NCBI GenBank assembly: GCA_964522935.1
Contig: CAZFZH010000001.1
Span: 2,327 to 27,537, forward strand
Source: an uncultured Opitutales bacterium
Lineage (GTDB): Bacteria > Verrucomicrobiota > Verrucomicrobiia > Opitutales > Cerasicoccaceae
Direction of reading: 5' to 3'
DNA length: 25,211 nt
Under the pieces are notes generated by a model, which saw only the letters and a program-made list of their open reading frames with translations, made no database searches and had not been told where the DNA came from. Numbering within the stretch: position 1 is the stretch's first letter; each line of letters begins with the position of its first letter. Made by a program: the position numbers and the translations under genes. Positions 9,219 to 17,785 of the stretch are shown here, piece after piece.

Positions 9219-9692
9219 TTATTTCCGGACTTTGAACAGCGGCTGCCCGAACTCCACGGACTGGCCGTTTTCGACGAGGATTTCGACGATCTGGCCCTCC
9301 GTCTCAGCGTTAATCTCATTCATAACCTTCATGGCCTCAATGATGCACACCACCGAGTCGCTCGTGACGCGCGCGCCGACGTCCACGAACGCCGGGCTGT
9401 CGGGATTGGGGGCACGGTAGAACGTGCCAACCATCGGGGATTTGACAATGTGCGTGCCAGCGGGGTCGGCCTTGGCGGCCGGTTCCGGGGCGGGCGCGGG
9501 CACCGATGCCATTGACGAGGCCCCTGCCTGAATAACCGGTGCCTGCTGCGGCAGCATCACCGTTGTCGGCACGGGGTCGTTTTTGCCGTCACGCTTGATG
9601 CGCAGCTTGAGCCCTTCTTCTTCTATTTCAAACTCGATCAGGTCCGAGCGTTTCATCAGGTCGATGACCTGCTTGATCTCCTTGATGTCCAT
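9219..9692 (-). CDS. accB: Acetyl-CoA carboxylase, biotin carboxyl carrier protein
   Basis: [13 protein letters not shown] start (ATG 9692), Pro/Ala linker, KSPMVGTFY, biotinylation motif EAMKVMNEI. Confidence 0.97.
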   Translation of the reverse strand: MDIKEIKQVIDLMKRSDLIEFEIEEEGLKLRIKRDGKNDPVPTTVMLPQQAPVIQAGASSMASVPAPAPEPAAKADPAGTHIVKSPMVGTFYRAPNPDSPAFVDVGARVTSDSVVCIIEAMKVMNEINAETEGQIVEILVENGQSVEFGQPLFKVRK

Positions 9693-9776
9693 GAAAACCG
9701 TTCCTGCTAAATTCGGGGAAAATCTGTTAAACTTGGTAATTTCTGCGAATGCACGCGCCGGGCGCAATGAAATATT

Positions 9777-10247
9777 TCAATAAGTGTTTACGCGAAAGGC
9801 AAGCGTCAGCACTTCGGTGGTGAAGGTGGCGGCTGCCGCACTCTGGCTGAGGCGCGGCCCGGCAACGTTCAGACGCTCCACGCGCTGGAGGTCGATAAAC
9901 GCCCGCAGGGCGGCCACCGCGGCCGCTGAAGGCATCGCCGCGGCGTCGCATTGAAGCAAGGGCTTGCCGTGCAGCTCGCAATAGCGGGCCGTCTGCAGGG
10001 TGCCGCCAGTTAGCGCGCCCTCGTGAAAAATGACCGTCGCATCCGTCGTGAGAAGATTCTGCACAGTGCGCACGATGTAGTGCGGGCTGAGGGATTCCGT
10101 CAATGGGTAGCGCTCGGGAATGGGGCCGTCCTCGGCCAGCCGGTTGAGCGGGCAGAAGCCCCCGCATGGCAGACCGAGGGCGAGGGCAACGTCCAGCGCA
10201 CCGCGGTCGACGCCTGCCTGGCCGCCAGAAATAATGGTCAACGACAT
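9777..10247 (-). CDS. SLOG-superfamily protein ('putative molybdenum carrier' family)
   Basis: IISGGQAGVDRGALD, GGFCP..RLAEDGPIPERYPL, RTVQN..DAT, GGT..T and LNVAGPR. Start ATG 10247 or GTG 10250, overlapping the ribD stop. Confidence 0.85.
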   Translation of the reverse strand: MSLTIISGGQAGVDRGALDVALALGLPCGGFCPLNRLAEDGPIPERYPLTESLSPHYIVRTVQNLLTTDATVIFHEGALTGGTLQTARYCELHGKPLLQCDAAAMPSAAAVAALRAFIDLQRVERLNVAGPRLSQSAAAATFTTEVLTLAFRVNTY

Positions 10248-11392
10248 CACTCGGGATAGCGGAGTTGCCCGCGCATGAGCTGGTCATCGCCAAAGGCGGC
10301 GTGCATGACGCTCGTCAGCGTAACGGCTTCGCTGATGAATTCTACGTTACCACCAGTGAAGGCCGGCAGTGCACCGGCATCGGCCAGGAGCTTTGGCGCG
10401 CGGTAGTTGAACAGGTAGTCGAGCTTCTGGTGCGCGAGGAATGAACTCAACAGGCCCGACCCGCCCTCGACCAGCACGCCCGTAATGGTTTCGCGAATAC
10501 AGCGCTCAATGAAGGCTTCGAGGAATGCAGCATCGGAACCATCGCTCAAGCACCAGTAGTTGATTCCACTCGTAGTTAAACTATGAACACAATCATCAGA
10601 CGCTGCCGATTCGCCAATGAGCAGAATCGTGCGATCTGTAAAGCTGTCGCTCGTGAGGTGGAATTGCCGGCCTCGGGCAATTGCCTGCGGAATTCGCGCG
10701 CTGCGGTCGAAGACGAAACGCACTGGGCAGAAAGTTTCTTCCGGCAGGCGTGCAGTGAGGGCAGGATTGTCATTGATAACGGTGCCAGAGCCAACGGCAA
10801 TGGCGGGAAAATAGCGACGCCAGCGGTGGACGTCCACGCGGGCGACCTCACCTGTGATCCACTTTGAATCATTCGTGCGCGTGGCGATGCAGCCGTCCAG
10901 AGTCGTGGCGACCTTCGCGGTGATGAGTGGCCGCCCGGTGGTGATCCAGTGGTTGAAAATGAGATTTAGGTCGGCGCATTCGGTGGCGAGCACGCCGCTG
11001 GTGACGTCGATATCCGCGGCGCGAAGGATGTCAAGCGCTCGGCCGGCGTGAGCAGGGTTGGGATCGGTCGCGCCAATGACCACGCGACGTAAGCCTGCTG
11101 AAAGAATAGCCTCCGTGCAGGGACGCGTGCGCCCATGCGTCGAGCAAGGCTCCAGCGTGACGTATAGGGTGGCGTCGGCTGCGGGTTTTCGGCCCAGGGC
11201 CTTAAGAGCGGCGCGCTCGGCGTGTGGGCCACCGGCCTTGGCGTGCCAGCCTTCGGAGACGAGTTCGCCATTCTCCACGATGCACGCGCCGACAAGGGGG
11301 TTCGGGTGCGTCCTTCCCCAGCCCTCGCGGGCGAGCGCAATTGCGCGCCGCATGAAGCGCTGGTCTTCCGCCGACTGCCGGGCTTCGCCCAT
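10247..11392 (-). CDS. ribD: Bifunctional riboflavin deaminase/reductase
   Basis: PNPLVGA, HAE and TLEPCSTHGRTRPC deaminase motifs; KVATTLDG, WITG and LVEGG reductase motifs. ATG 11392 preferred. Confidence 0.96.
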   Translation of the reverse strand: MGEARQSAEDQRFMRRAIALAREGWGRTHPNPLVGACIVENGELVSEGWHAKAGGPHAERAALKALGRKPAADATLYVTLEPCSTHGRTRPCTEAILSAGLRRVVIGATDPNPAHAGRALDILRAADIDVTSGVLATECADLNLIFNHWITTGRPLITAKVATTLDGCIATRTNDSKWITGEVARVDVHRWRRYFPAIAVGSGTVINDNPALTARLPEETFCPVRFVFDRSARIPQAIARGRQFHLTSDSFTDRTILLIGESAASDDCVHSLTTSGINYWCLSDGSDAAFLEAFIERCIRETITGVLVEGGSGLLSSFLAHQKLDYLFNYRAPKLLADAGALPAFTGGNVEFISEAVTLTSVMHAAFGDDQLMRGQLRYPE

Positions 11393-11399
11393 GTAAGGA

Positions 11400-12032
11400 T
11401 CAGATGGTGACAAACGGGTTGCTCGTTTTTTCCTGACCGATGGTGGTCGTCGGGCCATGGCCAGGATAGACGACGGTTTCCTCCGGCAGGCTGTAAAGCT
11501 CGTTCCGGATGGACGCGGCGAGCGTGGTCAGGTCACCGCCGGGGAGGTCGGTTCGCCCGACGCTGCCGCACATGAGGGTGTCGCCAACATATACGCCGTA
11601 AAGCGCTGGAAAATGAAACGCGAGGCTGCCCGGGCAGTGGCCGGGGACGTGCCGGATGGTGATCTGCTGCCCGATGAGTTGCAACTGATCTCCATGGCCG
11701 ATCCAGTGATCGACGCGCCCTGGCTCCCCTGAGATGGGGAGGTTGAAGTAGTTGATCTGCGCGTCGGGAGCCTCGATGAGTTGCTGGTCGTCCCTGTGAG
11801 CGTAAACAGGGACACCGGCGCGGTTGAATTCGGACAGGCCGAGAATGTGGTCGAAGTGCCCGTGCGTCAGCAACACGGCCGTCAGGGTGAGGCCCTGCTG
11901 TTCGAGCAAGGGCAGCACAGCCGCCATTGCGCCAAGCGGAGCATCAATGAGCAGTGCCTGATTGTTGGCCTGCTCGCCAAGCAGGTAGGCGTTGGTGCTT
12001 AATGGCGGTAATTCCAGTGTCTGAATAAACAT
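11400..12032 (-). CDS. MBL-fold metallo-hydrolase (glyoxalase II / YcbL-like)
   Basis: THGHFDH, HVPGHCPG, GDTL..GSVGRTDLPGG, VYPGHG and TTIGQEKTSNPF. Confidence 0.92.
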   Translation of the reverse strand: MFIQTLELPPLSTNAYLLGEQANNQALLIDAPLGAMAAVLPLLEQQGLTLTAVLLTHGHFDHILGLSEFNRAGVPVYAHRDDQQLIEAPDAQINYFNLPISGEPGRVDHWIGHGDQLQLIGQQITIRHVPGHCPGSLAFHFPALYGVYVGDTLMCGSVGRTDLPGGDLTTLAASIRNELYSLPEETVVYPGHGPTTTIGQEKTSNPFVTI

Positions 12033-12035
12033 GTG

Positions 12036-12911
12036 TCACTGCCCCTGTTTCTGGGCGGTAATTTGATCAAGCAGGCGCTCGCGTTCGTCCGTCAGGCTTT
12101 CGCGCGTTACCAGTGCGGCCAGTTGCCCGGCCTCCTCAAAGTTGCTCATTTTCAAGTGCAGTGCGGCGATCTGCAAGCGAATTAAATCGGCTTCAAGTGG
12201 ATCGCTTGTGGACGCCAGCAGCGCGTCCCACAAGGCCAGTGCCTGGGGATAATCCGGGGATTCGACATCGAGGTGAGCCTCAGCTAGGCGGGTGGCAAAG
12301 GAGCGGTTTTCGGGCTCCAGCGCTGCCGCCTTTGAAAAAGCCTCAAGGAGGTTACGGTCCAGTGTCTGGCGGTCGAGACCGCCTTCGGTGAGAAATTCCT
12401 CGCGGAACTCATGCAGCAGCTCGCCGACGCAATAGTGGTAAATGGCGGTTTCGGGCTCAAGTTCGACGGCGGCCATGTAGTAGGCAAGCGCAGGGCCGAA
12501 TTCTGCTTTTTCGGCGAGGAAGTTACCGATCTGCTGCTTGACGACGGCGATGCGGGGGTTGAGGTCGTTGGCTTTGACGAACATGTAGTTGGCGCGCTCG
12601 TATTCGCCGATACGGCGAAGCATTTTGCCGTAAAGGATGTAGGCGTAAACGTAGTCCGGGCTGTCGGCGAGGATGGACTCGTAGTTGCGGGCGAGTTCCG
12701 TTAACAGGCGCTGGCGCTCGACGGCGGGCAGGGTCTGATTGTCTTCGAGTCGTGCGAAAAGCAGGGCTTCTTTCTCAATCACCTGTCGCAGTCGCCGTTC
12801 CGCGAAGGTGGCGTCCACGGGCGTGGCTGCCTCCGCCGTAAAAGCCATCAGGCAACCGACCGCCAGAAGAACGGCCACAATCAGTTGAGTTGGCAGCAAC
12901 GGGGACCACAT
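12036..12911 (-). CDS. Exported tetratricopeptide-repeat protein
   Basis: Signal-like N-terminus and repeated TPR-like helices (AYILYGKML..A, ALAYYMAAVELEP, AFSKAAALEPEN). Confidence 0.75.
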   Translation of the reverse strand: MWSPLLPTQLIVAVLLAVGCLMAFTAEAATPVDATFAERRLRQVIEKEALLFARLEDNQTLPAVERQRLLTELARNYESILADSPDYVYAYILYGKMLRRIGEYERANYMFVKANDLNPRIAVVKQQIGNFLAEKAEFGPALAYYMAAVELEPETAIYHYCVGELLHEFREEFLTEGGLDRQTLDRNLLEAFSKAAALEPENRSFATRLAEAHLDVESPDYPQALALWDALLASTSDPLEADLIRLQIAALHLKMSNFEEAGQLAALVTRESLTDERERLLDQITAQKQGQ

Positions 12912-13096
12912 GGCGCGGCAGTTGGGTTAGCGCACATTGCAGGAGCTTCAGGCGCTTTTTGCGGCGTAAAACTGGAAAACTGCTTGTCCAGTGTTGTGCT
13001 GCCACACTGAGGGCAGGCAGGCTGCTCCTCTTTCACAAGTGTAAGATACTCGAAGGCGCTGTCACACTGCTGGCATGTATATTCGTAAATTGGCAT
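12881..13096 (-). CDS. FmdB-family zinc-ribbon protein
   Basis: MPIYEYTCQQC..CPQCGS plus a Cys-rich tail. Confidence 0.9.
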   Translation of the reverse strand: MPIYEYTCQQCDSAFEYLTLVKEEQPACPQCGSTTLDKQFSSFTPQKAPEAPAMCANPTAAPCGPRCCQLN

Positions 13097-13099
13097 ATA

Positions 13100-14041
13100 T
13101 CACTGTTCCACCGTGGATTCCGGTAAATCAAAAATAAAACCCGGGACGCCAGGGTTAATGGTAATATTATTGATGATCGTTTCGCTGTAAAGTTCCCCAT
13201 TGCGTCTGGCAACAATGCGTGTGGCGTGCTTGATATTGTTAAAGGACTGGTAATTAACGTAACGGATTTCCCAATTTTCCTTTTCGCCTTTATCATTGAT
13301 TTCCGAGTAGGTGCGTTTGTATTCAAGCAGAGAGTCAGCTTCAATAAAATGCTTGATGATATTGCCGTCACCAGGGTTATAGGCGAACACATAAAGTTCA
13401 TTGCCAAGATCGTAGACTTTCTCCAGCAACTCAATGCGTTGGTCACCCCCGCTTTCGTATTCCCACAGGTAGGTGCCAATGCGGGCTTTGTTAAGGATTT
13501 TTCGGGACTGCGGGGTTCCCGTGATGTCCATCGGAATGCGCTTGCCTGATTTTGTTTCCACCATGATCCAGACGGTTTCGCCGTCGCTCCCAAAGACTTC
13601 TTCCGTTTCGTTCGGCTTATCGTATTCGACGCGGATTCTGTTGGGCTGCTTGTAGATGACTTTCATTTCGCTGCGAATACCCAGTGCCGTAATTTCGCCT
13701 TCCATGACGAGGCTCTCGACATGGCGATAGCCGGTGGCTTTCTGATGCCCGTAGATGAGCCGCTCTTCGAGAGAGAGGTTCAGAGCTTTCTCAAGCGCTT
13801 CCTCAGCAACCTGCTTGCGGTCGCTGGTCGTCTCGGTCCGCTGGATTTCGTCACTGTTGCGGATGCTCACAATGGCGCTCTGGCGGCCAGCCTCCAGTGA
13901 GTAGGTAACGGCAAAGTAAACGCCTGTCCCCAGGGCAGCGAGGAAGAGCGTCACCAGAAGGATATCCCGAAACAGAACGGAGTGTCCCAGCACATTGATG
14001 TAAAAGTGGTCGTCGCTATCTCTGGATCTGCGTTTGGCCAT
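13100..14041 (-). CDS. Membrane-anchored LolA-like / lipoprotein-sorting-fold protein (hypothetical)
   Basis: N-terminal TM segment, then YKQPNRIRVE, FGSDGETVW, YVNYQSFNNIKHA and TINPGVPGFIFDLP, patterns typical of LolA-like folds. Confidence 0.6.
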   Translation of the reverse strand: MAKRRSRDSDDHFYINVLGHSVLFRDILLVTLFLAALGTGVYFAVTYSLEAGRQSAIVSIRNSDEIQRTETTSDRKQVAEEALEKALNLSLEERLIYGHQKATGYRHVESLVMEGEITALGIRSEMKVIYKQPNRIRVEYDKPNETEEVFGSDGETVWIMVETKSGKRIPMDITGTPQSRKILNKARIGTYLWEYESGGDQRIELLEKVYDLGNELYVFAYNPGDGNIIKHFIEADSLLEYKRTYSEINDKGEKENWEIRYVNYQSFNNIKHATRIVARRNGELYSETIINNITINPGVPGFIFDLPESTVEQ

Positions 14042-14081
14042 GGGGTGGGCTGGTAATTACGGGTTGTATGCGAAGATAATG

Positions 14082-14111
14082 AGATTAGGGGATCAGGGCG
14101 TCGAACGTCAA
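14082..14111 (-). promoter_or_regulatory. Putative sigma70 promoter (TTGACG-N18-TAATCT) upstream of the LolA-like gene
   Basis: Consensus-like hexamers in the pgsA / LolA-like intergenic region; same 18-nt spacer as the yebC candidate. Confidence 0.4.
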
Positions 14112-14124
14112 GCAATGGCGCACG

Positions 14125-14703
14125 TCAGTCTTGCGACCGGCTGGAGAGCAGGTGGCCGTATTTACGGAAATAGGTGAGGCCTGAGAGAATGGTCTGGATG
14201 ACCGCAACAAGGAAGAGCCCCGTGGCAATCGGGTGCAGGGGCAGGGGGTCGGCAAGGGGAAGGTTGGCCAGCAGGAAGAGCCCAACGCTGATCATCTGAA
14301 TCGCGGTTTTCAGTTTGCCGCCGTTTTCCGCAGCCAGTGCGATGGCACGCTTTGCGGCGATGAGCCGCAGGCCGGTGACGGTAAACTCCCGCACGAGAAT
14401 TACCAGCGTGCCCAGCAGGAGCGTGACGCCGACCCAGAGCTCATCAATTGTATGCGTGCCAATGAGGGCGACGAGCACACCGAGGACGAAGATTTTGTCG
14501 ACGAGCGCATCAAGGAACTTGCCGACGGTTGTGACCTGATTGAAGGTGCGTGCAACCCAGCCGTCGAAGAAATCCGTCACCGCAGCAACGATGAAGACGA
14601 TCAGTGCCACGAGGTTGGCCGTTTGCCCGCCTGCCATCAGGAGCCCGGCAACAACGAATACCGCGACGACGCGGGACAGGCTGAGGAGGTTCGGCAGATT
14701 CAT
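14125..14703 (-). CDS. pgsA: CDP-diacylglycerol--glycerol-3-phosphate 3-phosphatidyltransferase
   Basis: MNLPNLLSLSR, TDFFDGWVAR..GKFLDALVDK, REF.VTGLR and GKLKT. Alternative start GTG 14721. Confidence 0.93.
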   Translation of the reverse strand: MNLPNLLSLSRVVAVFVVAGLLMAGGQTANLVALIVFIVAAVTDFFDGWVARTFNQVTTVGKFLDALVDKIFVLGVLVALIGTHTIDELWVGVTLLLGTLVILVREFTVTGLRLIAAKRAIALAAENGGKLKTAIQMISVGLFLLANLPLADPLPLHPIATGLFLVAVIQTILSGLTYFRKYGHLLSSRSQD

Positions 14704-14717
14704 CCGCCGGAGGCTAG

Positions 14718-15275
14718 TCACCGAAGGCCGAAAGAGTCCAGAAAGTTATCGAGGCGCATTTGCGAGAGCATGCGGTCGCCCTTTTCAGAATAGAAGCCCA
14801 CGTGGACGAGGTGGCCTTCGATGAGGATTTTGGCCTCGGCTCTTAGGACACCCTTTTGCTCCCAGATGTAGTAGACATAAGCGAAGTCCGGGCGGCGTTC
14901 GAGGGATTTCTGAATGAAGCGCAGGGGCGGACGGGCCTCCGGGGAGCGGTCACCGATGCGAATGGCGGTGGCCTCTTCCTCATCAAGCTCGGCGAGAAAT
15001 TTCTTGAGAAACTCGATCTGGCCTTTCTTGAGGTATTCCGTCGGATAGTCGCCGCTACTGAGCTCGACAACGCCTTCGTATTTCAGCGCGAAATAGCACT
15101 TGGTGACTTGATGCCAGGCGATTTGGTCGGGGGCCTTGAGGTAGGGGAAGTCAGCTTTGGCTTCCTTCCCGGCGCGCACGGCGAAATCAATCGGCGGCTT
15201 CCACATGAAGCGGTCAAGGGGATCGGCGGCCTGAACGGTGACCGCAAGGAAGCATGTCAGGAAAATCTTAAACAT
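14718..15275 (-). CDS. Hypothetical secreted protein
   Basis: Signal peptide (FKIFLTCFLAVTVQA); fills the gap exactly between the TPR gene and pgsA. Confidence 0.7.
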   Translation of the reverse strand: MFKIFLTCFLAVTVQAADPLDRFMWKPPIDFAVRAGKEAKADFPYLKAPDQIAWHQVTKCYFALKYEGVVELSSGDYPTEYLKKGQIEFLKKFLAELDEEEATAIRIGDRSPEARPPLRFIQKSLERRPDFAYVYYIWEQKGVLRAEAKILIEGHLVHVGFYSEKGDRMLSQMRLDNFLDSFGLR

Positions 15276-16097
15276 CTACTCGAAAACATACTGGTTGTGG
15301 AGGGATTGGAGCTCCTCCTGTAGTTGCTTGTTATTCGGGTATTGTTCCAGACCTTTTTCAACGGTGCGCAGTGCGCCGGCGGGGTCACCCTTCTTGAGGT
15401 AAAGGTTGGTGAGCTGCCTGAAGCTTTGGATGAATTTGCGATCCGGTTCCATGGCATCCTGAATCGCAATCAGTTTCTCGTATTCAGCAATCGCCGCGCC
15501 GGTTTTGTTCATGAAGTCCGGATACATGCTGTAGGAGAAGGCGAGCCTGGACTGTGCATCCCAGTGGTTTGGATTGATTTGGAGCACGCCCTTGAACTGC
15601 TCCTCGGCTTTCATTGCCCAGAGACCGCGAGCCGGGCCTCCCGGCACCGAAAGGAGTTTCGCCTGATAAAGCTCGGCTAGGCTCATGCGCGCATCGATGT
15701 CCTGCGGGTTATTGGCAACGCTGTTTTCGGCAGCCTTGATGATTTCGTTGATCCGGTCTGAGTTCTGCACCATCTCCCAGAAGGCAAGCTGCTCGTCCGG
15801 TGTTGCCTGCCCGGAAAAGACCTTGTTCATCAAGGCGTCGAAGGGATCCGGCTGGAGCACTTCAGGCTCGGAAACTTCGCCAGATTCCCCGGTTACCGGT
15901 TCTGGAATGAACGCGACTTCCGCCACGGTTTCTTCGGATACGAGGTCGGGCTCCGGTTTGGGCTGATCGTCTTCGGCGTTCTGCTGGTTGACGGACTGTG
16001 GAGCGTCAGGGGTCTGCGCCGACCAAAGCTGCATGATGATGATCGCCGCAGCAGCCCCCAGAAAAAAGACGGTGAGATGGCTTAGTTTTTGATTCAT
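15276..16097 (-). CDS. Membrane-anchored TPR protein
   Basis: N-terminal TM, acidic/Pro linker, TPR-like helices (NPQDIDARMSLAELY, VLQINPNHWDA, GLEQYPNN). ATG 16097 preferred. Confidence 0.75.
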   Translation of the reverse strand: MNQKLSHLTVFFLGAAAAIIIMQLWSAQTPDAPQSVNQQNAEDDQPKPEPDLVSEETVAEVAFIPEPVTGESGEVSEPEVLQPDPFDALMNKVFSGQATPDEQLAFWEMVQNSDRINEIIKAAENSVANNPQDIDARMSLAELYQAKLLSVPGGPARGLWAMKAEEQFKGVLQINPNHWDAQSRLAFSYSMYPDFMNKTGAAIAEYEKLIAIQDAMEPDRKFIQSFRQLTNLYLKKGDPAGALRTVEKGLEQYPNNKQLQEELQSLHNQYVFE

Positions 16098-16205
16098 CCG
16101 GGAAATCAATATTGCGCACTAATATATCTAAAATTGAATATTGGGCTGCAAGTGAATTTTTCTAGTGGCAAGGCGGGGAAATTGCTGTCGTAGTAAAGTG
16201 CTTTC

Positions 16206-17747
16206 ATGAGTGATTCATTCTACATAACGACGGCCATTGATTATGCCAACGGGCTTCCGCATCTGGGGCACGCCTACGAAAAAGTGCTCGCGGACACTAT
16301 CGCGCGCTACCGGCGCATGAGTGGTGACAGCGTATTCTTCCTCACAGGTCTGGACGAGCATGGGCAGAAGGTGCAGGCTAGCGCCCGCAAGCGTGACATC
16401 AGCCCGCAGGCAATGGTCGACGAGGTGGCGGTGGAGTTCCGGAAACTGTGCACGACCTTGCGTATTTCCAACAATGATTTCATTCGCACGACGGAGCCGC
16501 GGCACAAATTTATTGTGCGCGAGGTGCTGCAGTATTTGTTCGATAAGGACGAGATTTACAGTGCCGAGTACAGTGGCTACTACAGCGCACGCCAGGAGCA
16601 GTTTCTGCAGGAGAAGGACAAGGTTGACGGTGAGTGGCCGGAGATTTACGGCGAGGTCGTCGAGATCACCGAGTCGAATTATTTCTTCAAGCTGAGCCAT
16701 TATCAGGACTGGCTGGTAGATTTTTTGAAGTCGACGCCGGATTTCATTTACCCGGCCTACCGGCAGAAGCAGGTGCTGGAGTTTCTGAAGGAGCCGCTGA
16801 ACGACCTGTGCATCAGCCGGCCGAAGTCGCGGCTGGAGTGGGGCATCCCACTGCCGTTTGACGAAGAGTTCGTCACGTATGTGTGGTTCGATGCGCTGGT
16901 GAACTACATCAGTGCCGTCGGCACCGGACCAAAGGAGCCGGGCGAACACTGGCCTGCGGACTTCCACGTGATCGGCAAGGACATTCTGGTGCCGCCACAC
17001 GCGGTCTACTGGCCGATCATGCTGCACGCGGCGGGCATTCCGCTGCCGCGTCACCTGCTCGTGCACGGGTGGTGGCATATCGGCGGCGAAAAGATGTCGA
17101 AGTCACTCGGCAACATCGTCGATCCGTTCAACCTGAGTGCACAGTTCGGGCCTGACGCGCTGCGGTATTTCTTCATGCGGGAGATGTCCATCGGGCAGGA
17201 CAGTGACTACACGCTGGAGCTGTTCCTGCAGCGTTACAATGAGCTGGGCAATGACTACGGGAACTCGCTTGCGCGGCTGCTGAACATGGGCGCACGCTAC
17301 TGCGAGGGCAAGGTGCCGAAGGCAGCGGTTGACGAGGAGCCCGAGCAGAAGCTGCGCGCACTGTGGACGCAGACAAAGGAGGCCTACCTTGAGCAGTGTG
17401 GCGGGCTGCAGTTTCACCGTGCGCTGGAGACGCTGTGGGCGTTCCTGCGCGGCATGAATGGCTACCTCGATCAGCGGGAGCCCTGGAAGAAGGCCAAGAG
17501 CGACGACCCGGCGGAAAAGGCACTCGTGCCAACGGCGCTAGCGCACCTGGCAGAAAGCCTGCGGCTGGTCTCGCTGGCGCTGGCTCCCGTCATGCCGGGA
17601 GTCTCGGCTACCGTTCACGAGAAGATTGGCACGGCGCTGGCGGAGACGTTCGGACAAGACCTGGACTGGGATCTGGATCGCCTGACAGGGAATGTGCTCG
17701 GCGAGAAAACAATTCTATTTCCGAAGCCGGAGATTGAGAAAGGCTGA
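16206..17747 (+). CDS. metG: Methionyl-tRNA synthetase, short form without the C-terminal tRNA-binding domain
   Basis: ITTAIDYANGLPHLGH, GLDEHGQK, YVWFDALVNY, IGKDI and KMSKS. Confidence 0.96.
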   Translation: MSDSFYITTAIDYANGLPHLGHAYEKVLADTIARYRRMSGDSVFFLTGLDEHGQKVQASARKRDISPQAMVDEVAVEFRKLCTTLRISNNDFIRTTEPRHKFIVREVLQYLFDKDEIYSAEYSGYYSARQEQFLQEKDKVDGEWPEIYGEVVEITESNYFFKLSHYQDWLVDFLKSTPDFIYPAYRQKQVLEFLKEPLNDLCISRPKSRLEWGIPLPFDEEFVTYVWFDALVNYISAVGTGPKEPGEHWPADFHVIGKDILVPPHAVYWPIMLHAAGIPLPRHLLVHGWWHIGGEKMSKSLGNIVDPFNLSAQFGPDALRYFFMREMSIGQDSDYTLELFLQRYNELGNDYGNSLARLLNMGARYCEGKVPKAAVDEEPEQKLRALWTQTKEAYLEQCGGLQFHRALETLWAFLRGMNGYLDQREPWKKAKSDDPAEKALVPTALAHLAESLRLVSLALAPVMPGVSATVHEKIGTALAETFGQDLDWDLDRLTGNVLGEKTILFPKPEIEKG

Positions 17748-17756
17748 AAGCTGAAT
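17738..17756 (+). repeat. Short TGAAAG/GCTGAA repeat element at the metG stop
   Basis: GAAAGGCTGAAAGCTGAAT; shares an exact 12-mer with 19768-19779 and an exact 10-mer with 18533-18542 (both on the minus strand). Confidence 0.45.
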
Positions 17757-17785
17757 GCGTAGCGTCCCTGCCTTCTCTGGAAGCA

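Noticed and set aside
9158-9319. 54-aa N-terminal extension of accC in the ORF track
   Set aside because: Overlaps accB; the conserved AccC N-terminus begins at ATG 9157.
16215-17078. 287-aa minus-strand ORF
   Set aside because: Antisense shadow of metG.
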